Assembly (NCBI GenBank): GCA_041658425.1
Contig: JBBAAF010000004.1
Location: forward strand, 3,171-67,170
Reading direction: 5' to 3'
DNA length: 64,000 nucleotides
DNA from: Bacteroidales bacterium
GTDB taxonomy: Bacteria > Bacteroidota > Bacteroidia > Bacteroidales > UBA12481
In this document: one piece after another, positions 1 through 8,800 of the stretch
Layout: each line of letters starts with the position of its first letter
Position numbering within the stretch: position 1 is the first letter of the stretch
Translations under genes and position numbers: made by a program
Notes under the pieces: generated by a model
The model's database searches: none
What the model saw: the letters and a program-made list of their open reading frames with translations, nothing else
Told to the model about the DNA's origin: nothing

Positions 1-153
1 CCTGCCATTCATGGTCTGGAAGTGGTTGTTGATGTGGGATTTCCGCTTCATGCTCTTCTAACTGCCGACAGCATTCACCGCCTAAGTCTTAAACAAGGAG
101 ACACTGTCCACGCAAGCTTCAAAGCGACCGCCCTCCGCTTTATCAGAAAATAG
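1..153 (+). CDS. 3' end of a TOBE-domain protein (molybdate-binding domain as found at the C-termini of ModC/ModE); 5' end lies outside the window
   Basis: Frame 1 reads PAIHGLEVVVDVGFPLHALLTADSIHRLSLKQGDTVHASFKATALRFIRK with TAG at 151-153. The LKxGDxVxAxFKA pattern is typical of TOBE domains. Confidence 0.5.
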   Translation, partial: PAIHGLEVVVDVGFPLHALLTADSIHRLSLKQGDTVHASFKATALRFIRK

Positions 154-225
154 CCGTTAACCTCTAACCGCTAACCGCTAACCTCTAACCGTTAACCTCT
201 AACCGCTAACCTCTAACCGCTAACC
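154..225. repeat. Tandem heptanucleotide array, 10 units of CC(G/T)(C/T)TAA
   Basis: Direct reading: CCGTTAA CCTCTAA CCGCTAA CCGCTAA CCTCTAA CCGTTAA CCTCTAA CCGCTAA CCTCTAA CCGCTAA CC. It starts 1 nt after the stop codon. Confidence 0.95.
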
Positions 226-234
226 ATCTTATAT

Positions 235-242
235 TATCTTTG
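235..242 (+). promoter_or_regulatory. Candidate Bacteroidota -7 promoter box (TATCTTTG, consensus TAnnTTTG)
   Basis: Exact match to TAnnTTTG, 18 nt upstream of the ATG at 260. Confidence 0.35.
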
Positions 243-259
243 TATGAAAATCGAACAGC

Positions 260-331
260 ATGTTTAAAATTAATGAATACTTCAACGGCCAGGTTAAAGT
301 GGCCGAAGAAACATCGTATGGGTGTCTTACC
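260..331 (+). pseudogene. Possible in-frame deletion relic of ppnP (DUF1255 nucleoside phosphorylase) fused in frame to the downstream lipoprotein ORF
   Basis: MFKINEYFNGQVKVAEETSYGCLT joins a PpnP-like N-terminus (NEYFxGxVK) directly to a PpnP-like C-terminus (AExTSYxC). About 70 codons in between are absent. Confidence 0.3.
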
Positions 332-1210
332 ATGACAAATAGAAAATTTCTGACCGGTTTAGCTATTTTATTAACTTCCTTGTTGATAATAAGTTGCAAA
401 AAAGATAACGGAGATCCGACAATAAAATTTGTACCGGGCCCGGGATTTACAGGCAAGGATACCATCATTAAGGTTAATTACACGCTAACCGTAACGCTGG
501 AAGTTAACTGGAATGGCACGGATGTCCTTGACCTGCTGGATGTTAAACAGAATGATGTAACCATCCAGACTTTTGCAATGGGTGGAGAGAATGCCACTTT
601 TAATTTAAACCTACTTAAGGGAACCGATGAAACGGAAAAGTGGACATTCGTGATCATCGATAAAAAGGGAAACCAGTCGGGGATAAGCCTGACGTTGACT
701 AAAGATCCGAACTCCGAATACGGTGCCATACTATACTATTCTCCCGTTGTATTGGGAGCTCAGAATAACACCGGCAAAGGGGGATTTATCAGTTTTCAAA
801 CCCAACCGGCCTCTACCTATACTCTTGAAGGGGCATATATTAATCAGGCTAAAATTGACCTCCTATACTATTCCGACCTGTTGACCCAGTCAACACTGGC
901 TTCACCGGGCTCGGATATTCCGGACAACCTGTATCCCGGATCACGGAATATCAGTCTCTGGTCTGTCCATACCATTTCGCGTTTTTTGAAATCAGATATG
1001 ACGGTCCAGGATTTTAATGCCATATCCATTGATGCAGCCATAGTTAATGCCTGGAGCGATGCCCGGTCGGTTTCGAAAGCCGGTGATCTGAAAACGGATG
1101 ATATCTGGCTGATAAAACTGCAATCCGGAAAAAAAGGAGCAATCCTGGTAAAACGAGTGGTCGCCGGTGATGATGGCGAGATCGAGTTCGCTATTAAAAT
1201 TCAGAAGTAG
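332..1210 (+). CDS. Hypothetical lipoprotein
   Basis: ATG at 332 gives MTNRKFLTGLAILLTSLLIISCKKDNG, a signal peptide with a lipobox Cys. The ORF is long and uninterrupted. I recognise no family. Confidence 0.6.
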   Translation: MTNRKFLTGLAILLTSLLIISCKKDNGDPTIKFVPGPGFTGKDTIIKVNYTLTVTLEVNWNGTDVLDLLDVKQNDVTIQTFAMGGENATFNLNLLKGTDETEKWTFVIIDKKGNQSGISLTLTKDPNSEYGAILYYSPVVLGAQNNTGKGGFISFQTQPASTYTLEGAYINQAKIDLLYYSDLLTQSTLASPGSDIPDNLYPGSRNISLWSVHTISRFLKSDMTVQDFNAISIDAAIVNAWSDARSVSKAGDLKTDDIWLIKLQSGKKGAILVKRVVAGDDGEIEFAIKIQK

Positions 1211-1375
1211 GGATCCCCGAATGATTTTCTGGTATTTTTTCTCCATTGGGTTGGTTTTTTTGCGTCTATTCTTTACATAGATACTAATTGTTCTATTCAC
1301 ATTGTTATTTCATTATCTTTAGACAGCCCTTTGTCCTCCAGGATTTATTGCTTTAAATTAACCCGGCATAACGAT

Positions 1376-4300
1376 ATGTCGACCCAACGACCGACTTCTT
1401 CTTTTTCAATACTGATCATTTTTATGATCATGATGATTATCGGCGCTGCTCTTATTCCGCGATTACCTGTTCATTTGCAGCCTACCCGAACGATGAAGAC
1501 ATTGTCCGTCCGGTATGCCTGGCCGGGCGCCTCACCCCGGTTAATTGAGCAGGAAGTTACCGCACCCCTCGAGGGGCTCCTGAACACCATCCGCGGGGTT
1601 ACCAAGATATCGTCTTCGTCCGGAAATGGCAATGGGTATATCCAGCTTTCGTTTGATAAAAATGCTGATATGGATGCCATGCGGTTTGAGGTGGCTTCCA
1701 AGGTTCGCGAGGTTTTTCCCAGACTGCCCGACCGGGTCAGCTATCCGGTAATTTCTTCTTATAGTTCGGCCGCCGAAGAAAAAACCCTCCTCACCTATAC
1801 CCTTAATGCACCTGCAAGTCCTCGCCTGATTCAGGAATATGCCGAGAAAACGATCAAGCCCAAACTTTCCCATATAGATGGTTTGTATGGTATCCGGGTT
1901 TTTGGTGCCATGCCGATGGAGTGGGAACTCGAGTACGACGAGGAGAAACTTCACCAGATCGGCCTGTCGCGCAGTGATATCCGGATGGCTCTCGAAAGTT
2001 ACTTCCATAAAGAGGTAATCGGGATGGGTTTTGATCAGGAGGGCAAACTGGGTGTGGAATCACCTAAAAGTGTTTCGATACAAACAATAGCCTCCAAAGA
2101 TGGATCCTGGCAGAACATCCCGGTAGCCTCAGTCGAGGGCCGGTTGTTGAGGATCAGTGATCTGTGTAAAATCCGGTATGTGGAGCAGGAACCGGTTGGA
2201 TACTACCGGATTAACGGAAACAACACCATAAATCTCGTTTTTACAGCAGAAAAAGATGCCAATAGCCTGAAAGTGGCGGATGAGATCAAGCAGGAACTGG
2301 TTGCTTTATCCTCCTCGTTTCCACATGGATATTTTATGCTGCTCAGCTCGGATTCAACCGAATTTATCCGTGATGAAATTCAAAAGGTCTTACGAAGAAC
2401 CCTGTTCTCTTTTGGTATTCTTTTGCTTTTTGTTCTGATTGTCAGCAGACAGCTCCGCTATCTATTAATAATTTTTATCAGCTTGATCTCCAATTTGTTG
2501 GTAGCCACAATCCTGTTCTATCTTTTCAAGGTTGAGATCAACCTCTATTCCATGGCGGGGATAACCGTCTCGCTCGGGATTATCATCGATAACACCATCA
2601 TCATGGTGGACCACCTGAGGACCAAAGGCAACCGAAAGGTTTTCCTGGCTATCCTTGCCGCAACTCTTACCACTGTTGGAGCGTTGTCGGTTATCCGGTT
2701 TATGGGAGAGCAGCTGCGTTTACAATTAAAGGATTTCTCGGCAGTTATGATCCTGAGCCTGACCGTTTCAATGGCTGTGGCCCTGTTTTTGGTTCCTTCG
2801 CTGATGGAGCTGATCGGATTGAAAAAAGAGCAGGAGCGCCGCCGCACCAGGAGTCTCCGGTTTGCAGCAAAATTCGGCCGTATATATCAATCAATTATCG
2901 GTTTTTCGCAACGATTCCGGTGGGCTTTCATTATACTTGCAATCCTGATGTTTGGGCTTCCGGTGGGCAAGCTCCCAACGCGGATGGAAGGGGATAAATG
3001 GTATCATAAATTGTATCGGAGTACACTGGCCAGCGAGACCTACGTCCAGAAAATCAAACCAATATCCGATAAGGTCTTGGGCGGAACGTTACGGCTGTTC
3101 AATACCAAGGTATACTCCAGGTACAAATACCGCGAACCCGAACGGACCGCCATCCGCATCACCGTTGCCCTCCCGCAGGGTGCCACACTCCGTCAGATGA
3201 ATGACCTGATGGTAGAAGTGGAGGGTTATCTTATAGGTTATGAGCAGATTGATCAATTTGTAACCAGCATCGACGGAGCCCGGTCGGCCTCAATGAATAT
3301 CAATTTTAAACCCGAATTTGAAATGGGGGCTTTCCCGTATATTCTTTACAGCCAGTTGAATGATCTGGCAAATAAGCTTACGGCTCCCGACTGGGGAGTA
3401 TATGGGGTAGGGCAGTATTTTAATAATTCCCTCTCTGAACAGGTGGGCTCGCAGCAGATCGATCTGTTGGGTTACAATTACGAGGAACTGATGCGATTTG
3501 CCGAACTGGTGAAGAAGAAAGCAGCAGAACATCCACGTGCTTCCAAGTTTGATATAGTCAGCACATTAAGCGATTCTTACTACTGGGGACAGCGCGACCC
3601 GCTTTATGAATATGTTATATCAATGGATCCCCAGAAACTGAAGCTGAAACAGATCTCACCGGCCGAGGTGTATTCTTATCTGAAGGGCTTTGGCATTAAC
3701 CAGGCTCCGGATGCGCGATTATTTGTAAATGGAGCCTATGAACCGGTGCGGATGAAATCGGTGCAGTCGGATGAATTTGATGTGTGGATGATGGGACATA
3801 CCCCGATAGCCAGCGGTGAATCGATGATCCGGCTGGGAAACCTGGGCGATCTCCGCAAGGAGGGCATCAACAAAGCCATCTGCAAAGAGAACCAGCAATA
3901 CCGCTTAACGGTTGCCTATGATTTTATCGGGGCATCAAAACTCGCTGAGTTGCATCGCGAAAAAGTGATCGACAAGGTATCTGCGTCCTTGCCCATCGGT
4001 TATTCGGTCAAACAATCCAGTTACCGGTATTGGCAGCACGAGGCCAACAAACAGTTCCTTTTGATCCTGCTGGTTATTGTGATTATCTATCTGATTTGTG
4101 CCATTCTGCTGGAATCACTGATTCAACCGCTTGCAGTAGTCGTTATGATCCCGGTTTCTTTTGTCGGGTTATTCCTGACTTTTTATCTGTTTAATCTGAG
4201 TTTCGACCAGGGTGGGTTTGCGGCCTTTATCCTGCTGAGCGGTATCGTGGTGAACGCGGCACTCTATATATTAAGTGATTATAACAACTATCAAAGGGAT

Positions 4301-4561
4301 GCTGCACGTCACCTGACTCCCATGCGCCTCTATATCAAAGCTTACCAGGGAAAGATCATTCCAATCGGACTAACAGTATTATCAACCGTTCTGGGTTTGG
4401 TACCTTTCATAACGGAGGGTGATGATGAAGTATTCTGGTTTGCACTGGCTGCCGGAACAATGGGAGGACTGATCTTCTCCGTTTTGGCCATCATGATTTT
4501 CATGCCGGCGTTTCTGCCGCTAAAACCTAAACATCGAAAACATTTCCATCGAATAAATTGA
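1376..4561 (+). CDS. Efflux RND transporter permease subunit (AcrB/HAE-type)
   Basis: 1061 aa from ATG 1376. It has an AcrB-like N-terminus (TM1, then LSVRYAWPGASPRLIEQEVTAPLE), two large periplasmic loops and two hydrophobic TM bundles. Confidence 0.85.
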   Translation: MSTQRPTSSFSILIIFMIMMIIGAALIPRLPVHLQPTRTMKTLSVRYAWPGASPRLIEQEVTAPLEGLLNTIRGVTKISSSSGNGNGYIQLSFDKNADMDAMRFEVASKVREVFPRLPDRVSYPVISSYSSAAEEKTLLTYTLNAPASPRLIQEYAEKTIKPKLSHIDGLYGIRVFGAMPMEWELEYDEEKLHQIGLSRSDIRMALESYFHKEVIGMGFDQEGKLGVESPKSVSIQTIASKDGSWQNIPVASVEGRLLRISDLCKIRYVEQEPVGYYRINGNNTINLVFTAEKDANSLKVADEIKQELVALSSSFPHGYFMLLSSDSTEFIRDEIQKVLRRTLFSFGILLLFVLIVSRQLRYLLIIFISLISNLLVATILFYLFKVEINLYSMAGITVSLGIIIDNTIIMVDHLRTKGNRKVFLAILAATLTTVGALSVIRFMGEQLRLQLKDFSAVMILSLTVSMAVALFLVPSLMELIGLKKEQERRRTRSLRFAAKFGRIYQSIIGFSQRFRWAFIILAILMFGLPVGKLPTRMEGDKWYHKLYRSTLASETYVQKIKPISDKVLGGTLRLFNTKVYSRYKYREPERTAIRITVALPQGATLRQMNDLMVEVEGYLIGYEQIDQFVTSIDGARSASMNINFKPEFEMGAFPYILYSQLNDLANKLTAPDWGVYGVGQYFNNSLSEQVGSQQIDLLGYNYEELMRFAELVKKKAAEHPRASKFDIVSTLSDSYYWGQRDPLYEYVISMDPQKLKLKQISPAEVYSYLKGFGINQAPDARLFVNGAYEPVRMKSVQSDEFDVWMMGHTPIASGESMIRLGNLGDLRKEGINKAICKENQQYRLTVAYDFIGASKLAELHREKVIDKVSASLPIGYSVKQSSYRYWQHEANKQFLLILLVIVIIYLICAILLESLIQPLAVVVMIPVSFVGLFLTFYLFNLSFDQGGFAAFILLSGIVVNAALYILSDYNNYQRDAARHLTPMRLYIKAYQGKIIPIGLTVLSTVLGLVPFITEGDDEVFWFALAAGTMGGLIFSVLAIMIFMPAFLPLKPKHRKHFHRIN

Positions 4562-4576
4562 TTTACAATACTCACC

Positions 4577-5668
4577 ATGAAAAACCTGATCAATTACCTT
4601 TTAGTGTTCTGCCTGGTTTGCAGTCTGCCGGCCTGCAAAAAGAAGGTGGAGAACAAATTCGGAAACAAGCTTGGAGATATTGGCGCAAAAGCTGATCCAA
4701 TCAAGGTGGAGGGCCAGCTCATTGAATATGGCGATTTTCCGATCGAACTGGTGAGCAACGGCAAACTGGAAGCCTTCCGGAAAGCATCGTTGAAATTCAG
4801 GAACAGCGAAAAAGTGGTAAAGATTAATTATAAGAATGGTGCGTGGGTAGAGGCCGGAAAGCTGATTGCCGAGGTGGATAACCAAATGGAAAAACTCGAT
4901 CTCGAGCAAGCCAAACTACGGATGGAGAAAGTGAGGCTCGATAGATTGGCCCTCATTGTCGGCCATCAGATTGGAGCCAAAGGCCCGGACGATATCCCTG
5001 TCGAAGCCCTGAAACGTTTTAACATGCAAACCGGATATGAAGAGTCTGAACTGGCTTATCAGCAGGCACTTATCCGATATGAATACACCCGTCTGGTCGC
5101 TCCGGTTTCCGGGCGCATCGCCAGTCTCGAATGCAAGGAACAAAACTTTCCGGCCGGTGACAAGCCTTTTTGCCTGATAATCAATGATAAGGAGTTTGAT
5201 GTGGTTTTCCCGGTGATGGAAGATGAAATTGCGCGGCTGCGTGTTGGCCAGGAGGTTACCGTAAAACCCTTTGCCATGGACTCTGTCACCTATATCGGCC
5301 GTATTGCCGAGATCAATCCACTCATCGATGAACATGGAAATGTGACGATCAAGGCACGGGTAACCAATACCAACGGCCGCCTGGTGGAAGGCATGAATGT
5401 GAAAGCCCTGATAAAGGATAAGGTCCCCGGAGGCCTCATTGTTCCCAAGGAAGCCGTTGTGCTCCGGAATAACCAGCAGGTGGTTTTCTCCCTCCTGAAT
5501 GGCCGCTCCTACTGGAACTACGTGGAATCCGACCTCGAAAATTCTTCCAGTTACACCATCCGGGTAGTAAAAGCCGGAATCCTGAAAGTCGGTGACACTA
5601 TTATTACCAAAGGAAACCTTAACCTGGCCAATGATGCAGAGCTTGAATTTAAGTTTAATGCAAAATGA
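4577..5668 (+). CDS. Efflux RND transporter periplasmic adaptor subunit (MFP/HlyD family), lipoprotein
   Basis: Lipobox LPAC. Typical MFP elements are present: coiled-coil hairpin region, RLVAPVSGRI lipoyl motif and a beta-barrel C-terminus. It sits 15 nt after the RND gene. Confidence 0.8.
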   Translation: MKNLINYLLVFCLVCSLPACKKKVENKFGNKLGDIGAKADPIKVEGQLIEYGDFPIELVSNGKLEAFRKASLKFRNSEKVVKINYKNGAWVEAGKLIAEVDNQMEKLDLEQAKLRMEKVRLDRLALIVGHQIGAKGPDDIPVEALKRFNMQTGYEESELAYQQALIRYEYTRLVAPVSGRIASLECKEQNFPAGDKPFCLIINDKEFDVVFPVMEDEIARLRVGQEVTVKPFAMDSVTYIGRIAEINPLIDEHGNVTIKARVTNTNGRLVEGMNVKALIKDKVPGGLIVPKEAVVLRNNQQVVFSLLNGRSYWNYVESDLENSSSYTIRVVKAGILKVGDTIITKGNLNLANDAELEFKFNAK

Positions 5669-5694
5669 CCTCCCCCTGCCCAAGTGGACTTTAA

Positions 5695-5800
5695 GTACCC
5701 ACCCCCTGGCCCCCTCCCTGAAAAAGGGAGGGGGAATGAGCCCCTTGCTTCCCTCGGAGCAAAGCCCCTCCCTGTTTCAGGGAGGGGTTGGGGTGGGTAC
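5695..5800. repeat. GC-rich multi-hairpin (cloverleaf-like) intergenic element
   Basis: An 11-bp perfect outer stem GTACCCACCCC (5695-5705) / GGGGTGGGTAC (5790-5800) encloses three hairpins. These are CCCCCTCCC-N7-GGGAGGGGG (5710-5734), a bulged CTTGCTTC/GGAGCAAAG hairpin (5744-5764) and CCCCTCCC-N7-GGGAGGGG (5765-5787). Confidence 0.8.
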
Positions 5801-5809
5801 CTCTCCTGA

Positions 5810-5844
5810 CCGACAACTGATAACCGACAACCGATAACCGACAA
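5810..5844. repeat. Tandem heptanucleotide array, 5 units of C(C/T)GA(C/T)AA
   Basis: CCGACAA CTGATAA CCGACAA CCGATAA CCGACAA, ending 4 nt before the ATG at 5849. Confidence 0.9.
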
Positions 5845-5848
5845 CATC

Positions 5849-8800
5849 ATGGTTAACTTTCTGATTCATCGACCGATCGCCGTAATCATGGCCTTTATGG
5901 CAATCCTGTTCCTTGGGGTTGTTACGGTTTTCAAGCTTCCGGTTTCTCTAATGCCGGATATCGATATTCCGGAGATCACGGTACAGGCCACCTATCAGGG
6001 TATCCCTGCCAGGGAAATGGAAAATACGGTGATCACACCCATACGCCTGCAGTTGATGCAGGTGGCTCATCTGGAGGGCATTGAGAGCGAAACGCGCGAC
6101 GGATACGGCATTATTCGGATGAAATTCACTCATGGTACCGATATTAATTATGCCTATATCGAGTGCAATGAAAAGATCGATGATGCCATGAACCAGTTGC
6201 CCCGGGGCTTCGACCGGCCGAGGGTTGTGAAGGCATCGGCAACGGATATCCCGGTTTTTAATCTCATGATCACGCAGAAAGCGGAGTGGGCAGATCAGGA
6301 AAAACTGGTGGAACTGAGCGAATTTGTACAATCTGTAATTCTCAAGAGGATCGAGCAGCTGCCCGAAGTGGCTATGGTGGATATAACCGGTGCAATGGAA
6401 CCGGAACTCGTTATTTCTCCCGATCCGGAAAAACTCAAAAGTATCGGAATCACCGATCAGGATATTCTGAACGCACTCGAATCCAATAATACCAATATCG
6501 GAAACCTGATGGTGAGGGATGGCTATTACCAGTACCAAATCAAATTTGCCAATTATCTGAAAGATGCGGAAGATATTGGTAATCTGTATATTGGCAAGAA
6601 CGACCGGCTCATGCAACTGAAAGATCTGGCTAAAGTGGAAGTCAGACCGCAGGAGCGCCGCGGGATTTTTATGAACCGCGAAAGAACCGGGCTCTGTCTC
6701 GCCATTATCAAGCAATCAGATGCCCGCATGGAAGATCTAAAAAAAGAGATTGATAAGATGGTGACTACCTATAGAACAGATTACCCTCACCTTGATTTTG
6801 AAATTGAAAAGGATCAGACTAAGATCCTTACCTATTCCATGGGGAACCTCAAACAAAGTCTCTGGTTTGGCGGATTGCTGGCCATGTTGGTGATGTTCCT
6901 GTTTTTGAAGGATTTCAGATCACCGCTTCTGATCGCGTTCTCGATTCCGGTATCACTGGTGGTTTGTTTGCTGATGTTCTATCTTTTTGGTCTTTCGATG
7001 AACATCATCTCTTTATCCGGACTCGTATTGGCGGTAGGGATGATGATCGATAATTCAATTATCGTCATTGATAACATCAATCAGTATATCGACCGCGGTG
7101 AAACGGTTCATGAGGCCTGTGTTCATGGAACGAACGAGGTGATCCGGCCGCTGATTTCTTCGGGTTTAACCACTTGTGCGGTTTTTGTTCCGCTCATCTT
7201 CCTCAGCGGTATCTCCGGTGCCCTGTTTTATGATCAGGCAATATCGGTGACTATCGGATTAACTGCCTCTTTCCTGGTGTCCATTACCCTGATTCCTACT
7301 CTTTTCCGACTGTTTTTCATCCGGAAGCCTAAGACTGCAGCCAACAATTTCCTGGGCAGGATCAATAAAATCGATTACGAACGTGCTTATGAGAGATCTT
7401 TCAGCCATGTTTTTAAGTATCGCGGCATTTACCTCGTGGCTTTTGTCCTGATGATTGCAGCTTCTTATCCTTTGTACAAAATGGTTGGAGTGAGTCAATT
7501 ACCCGAGATTGAACAAACCGAGCTCATTGCCGTGCTCGACTGGAATGAACCCATCCATGTGGAAGAAAACGCCCGCCGGGTTGAACAATTGGTGACCTCT
7601 ATTCCGGATAGCCTGACCCAGTATTCATCGCTCGTGGGTGAACAGCAATTTATCCTGAACCGGGAAGCTGAGCGCACGGCTTCGGAGTCAGAAATTTATA
7701 TCAGGATGACCAATACCGATTCGATTAACCGGGTTACCGGGCATATCCGGGAATTCCTTGCGGCCAATTATCCGATCGCGACGGTCAGCTTTCATCCGCC
7801 GGAAAATATTTTCGAGGCCATCTTTTCCGAAGATATCCCTGAGTTACTTACGCGGATATCCAGCATGAAAGGTCAGGAGCAGCCTTTGCTTCAGGAAGTC
7901 TGGGCATTCACCGATTCCTTAGCCAGGAAGGACAACCTTACCTTTGAACAGGTCCCTGTGCATGATCAGATTGTGATCGAAGTGGATCCTGAGCGGCTGC
8001 TTCTGTATAAGGTCAGTTTCACCAGTGTGACTGATCAGCTTGAGAAAGCATTCAATCAGAAACGGATCGGGGTTTTGAAGACCTATCAGCGCTTTATCCC
8101 GATTTTATTGGCCGATGAGCGTCGTCCGGTTGCCGGTATTATCCAGAATACATTTGTCCGGAACATTGATGGTGTTGAGTATCCTTTATCCAGTTTGGTC
8201 ACGATCGGTCGTGAACAGCAATATAAAACGATAAGGGCCTCACGCAATGGTGAGTATGTACCCTTGGTTGCCAAAGCCACTACTTTTTCGGTCCCTGCAA
8301 TTATTGAAAAGATTAAAAACGGTGTCCGGAATTCCACCGTATTGCAAGCTGATTTTGATGGTACCTGGTTCCACCAGAAAATTCTGATGAAGGAACTGGC
8401 GGTAGTACTCCTGATCTCTGTCCTTCTCCTGTTCTTCATTCTGGCCGCCCAGTTTGAATCCTTCCTTCAACCATTGATTGTGCTGGTTGAATTGCCGATC
8501 GATATTGCGTCGGCCCTGTTTATGCTGTGGATATTCGGCGAAACCCTCAACCTGATGTCGGCTATCGGGATCATCGTGATGAGCGGGATCATCATCAACG
8601 ACTCCATCCTCAAGATCGATACCATCAATCGAACCCGGGCAGATGGGCATACCGTGCTGGAAGCCATTCATATAGCAGGCCAGCGGAGACTGAAGCCGAT
8701 CATCATGACCAGTTTAGCGACTGTTTTGGGTTTATTGCCGTTCCTCTTCTTCAAAGGTTTGGGTTCCGATCTGCAGAAACCGCTGGCACTCACCATTATG

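Noticed and set aside
154-225. Reverse strand of the heptamer array reads GGTTAGN repeats, reminiscent of telomeric TTAGGG/TTTAGGG
   Set aside because: The context is an internal bacterial intergenic spacer flanked by ordinary genes. Units alternate among three variants and there is no chromosome-end evidence, so the resemblance is superficial.
154-225. Could the short tandem repeats be a CRISPR array?
   Set aside because: The units are 7 nt with no spacers. There is no 24-40-nt repeat/spacer periodicity anywhere in the window and no cas genes.
4916-5683. Long antisense ORFs inside strongly supported genes. Examples: 4916..5683, 5948..6715, 12719..13279, 13404..13931, 36083..36658, 40449..40976, 45001..45540, 50638..51093, 57189..57644
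   Set aside because: They are shadow ORFs opposite genes with unambiguous family motifs, and none shows a recognisable domain or signal of its own.
5551-5850. ORFs 5551..5850 (-) and 5592..5837 (+) with Pro/Gly-rich translations
   Set aside because: They are translations of the GC-rich hairpin element and heptamer array. They overlap each other on opposite strands, lack any start context and have low-complexity composition.
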